Assembly: GCA_963727445.1 (NCBI GenBank)
Contig: CAVSGI010000011.1
Location: forward strand, 1-64,000
DNA from: an uncultured delta proteobacterium
GTDB lineage: Bacteria; Myxococcota_A; Polyangia; Polyangiales; B10-G4
Direction: 5' to 3'
DNA: 64,000 nucleotides
The translations under genes were made by a program, and so were the position numbers. Under the pieces are notes generated by a model, which had not been told where the DNA came from, did not search any database, and was given only the letters and a program-made list of their open reading frames with translations. The stretch's first letter is position 1. Every line of letters starts with the position of its first letter. Positions 63,523-64,000 of the stretch are shown in pieces.

Positions 63523-64000
63523 GTGGATCGACGAAGCACTCGCGTGCGTGCCCCTGGCATCACGCTGCTCTCTCTGGTGGCGGCGGTGATGCTCGTCTCG
63601 CCGCTCTTCGTGTCGGGTCAGGAGCACGCCACGCCCGCCGAACGACGCGACCCGCTGGCTGAGCTCTTTCAGACGCCGCCGGTCGTGGACCACCTGCCGA
63701 ACGGGCTGACCGTGATGACCGTCCCGTGGGACAGCCCTGGGATCATCGCGTACTACACGCTCGTCCGCGTGGGGTCGCGCGACGAGGTGGAGCCTGGCAA
63801 GAGCGGCTACGCGCACCTCTTCGAGCACATGATGTTCCGCGGGACCGAGCGCTTCCCCGAGGCAGCGTACGAGGCGAAGATCCAGTCCTTCGGCGCCGAC
63901 AACAACGCCTACACCACGCAGGACTTCACGCTCTACACGACCACGGCGCCGGCGGGCGTGCTCGATGAGCTCGTCGATCTCGAGGCCGACCGCTTCGAGC
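63523..64000 (+). CDS. M16 (pitrilysin) family peptidase, 3' end outside the window
   Basis: GGAGG RBS then GTG; LPNGL, GYAHLFEHMMFRGT (HxxEH) and NAYT motifs; not in the ORF track. Confidence 0.92.
   Translation, partial: MDRRSTRVRAPGITLLSLVAAVMLVSPLFVSGQEHATPAERRDPLAELFQTPPVVDHLPNGLTVMTVPWDSPGIIAYYTLVRVGSRDEVEPGKSGYAHLFEHMMFRGTERFPEAAYEAKIQSFGADNNAYTTQDFTLYTTTAPAGVLDELVDLEADRFE

Overview
GC-rich DNA whose gene content (Cys-rich lipoproteins, Ser/Thr kinase-TPR-lipoprotein cluster, Myxococcales-type PilZ, Hsp70-DUF3731, FHA-TadA) points to a myxobacterium, probably Polyangiales/Sandaracinaceae-like (inference). Bases ~1-40 kb are a heavily rearranged accessory region. It holds a 5'-half tRNA-Gly(CCC), an AHH nuclease toxin/Imm11-like immunity pair broken by IS110, three IS110/IS1111 copies plus a scrap, an IS91-type HUH transposase + tyrosine recombinase element, an IS256 interrupted by a Mu-like DDE/ATPase element, an IS4, REP-like hairpins, many truncated genes and large Cys-rich surface proteins. 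Bases ~40-64 kb look like core genome (tlyA, ssb, CBS, vWA, CoA-transferase, ccmF, M16 peptidase). Three signals stand out. (1) A previously unannotated modular ~130-140 bp repeat scaffold forms the ends of the integrase/IS91 element, also occurs as non-autonomous and empty copies, joins flanking DNA at short GYT/AGC cores, and sits next to truncated genes and cassette-like cargo. (2) The IS110 bridge-RNA region is readable by eye, and its target guides co-vary with each copy's own insertion site. (3) IS110, IS4 and IS256 all insert into the same scaffold. Several frameshifts fall in homopolymers and may be sequencing errors.
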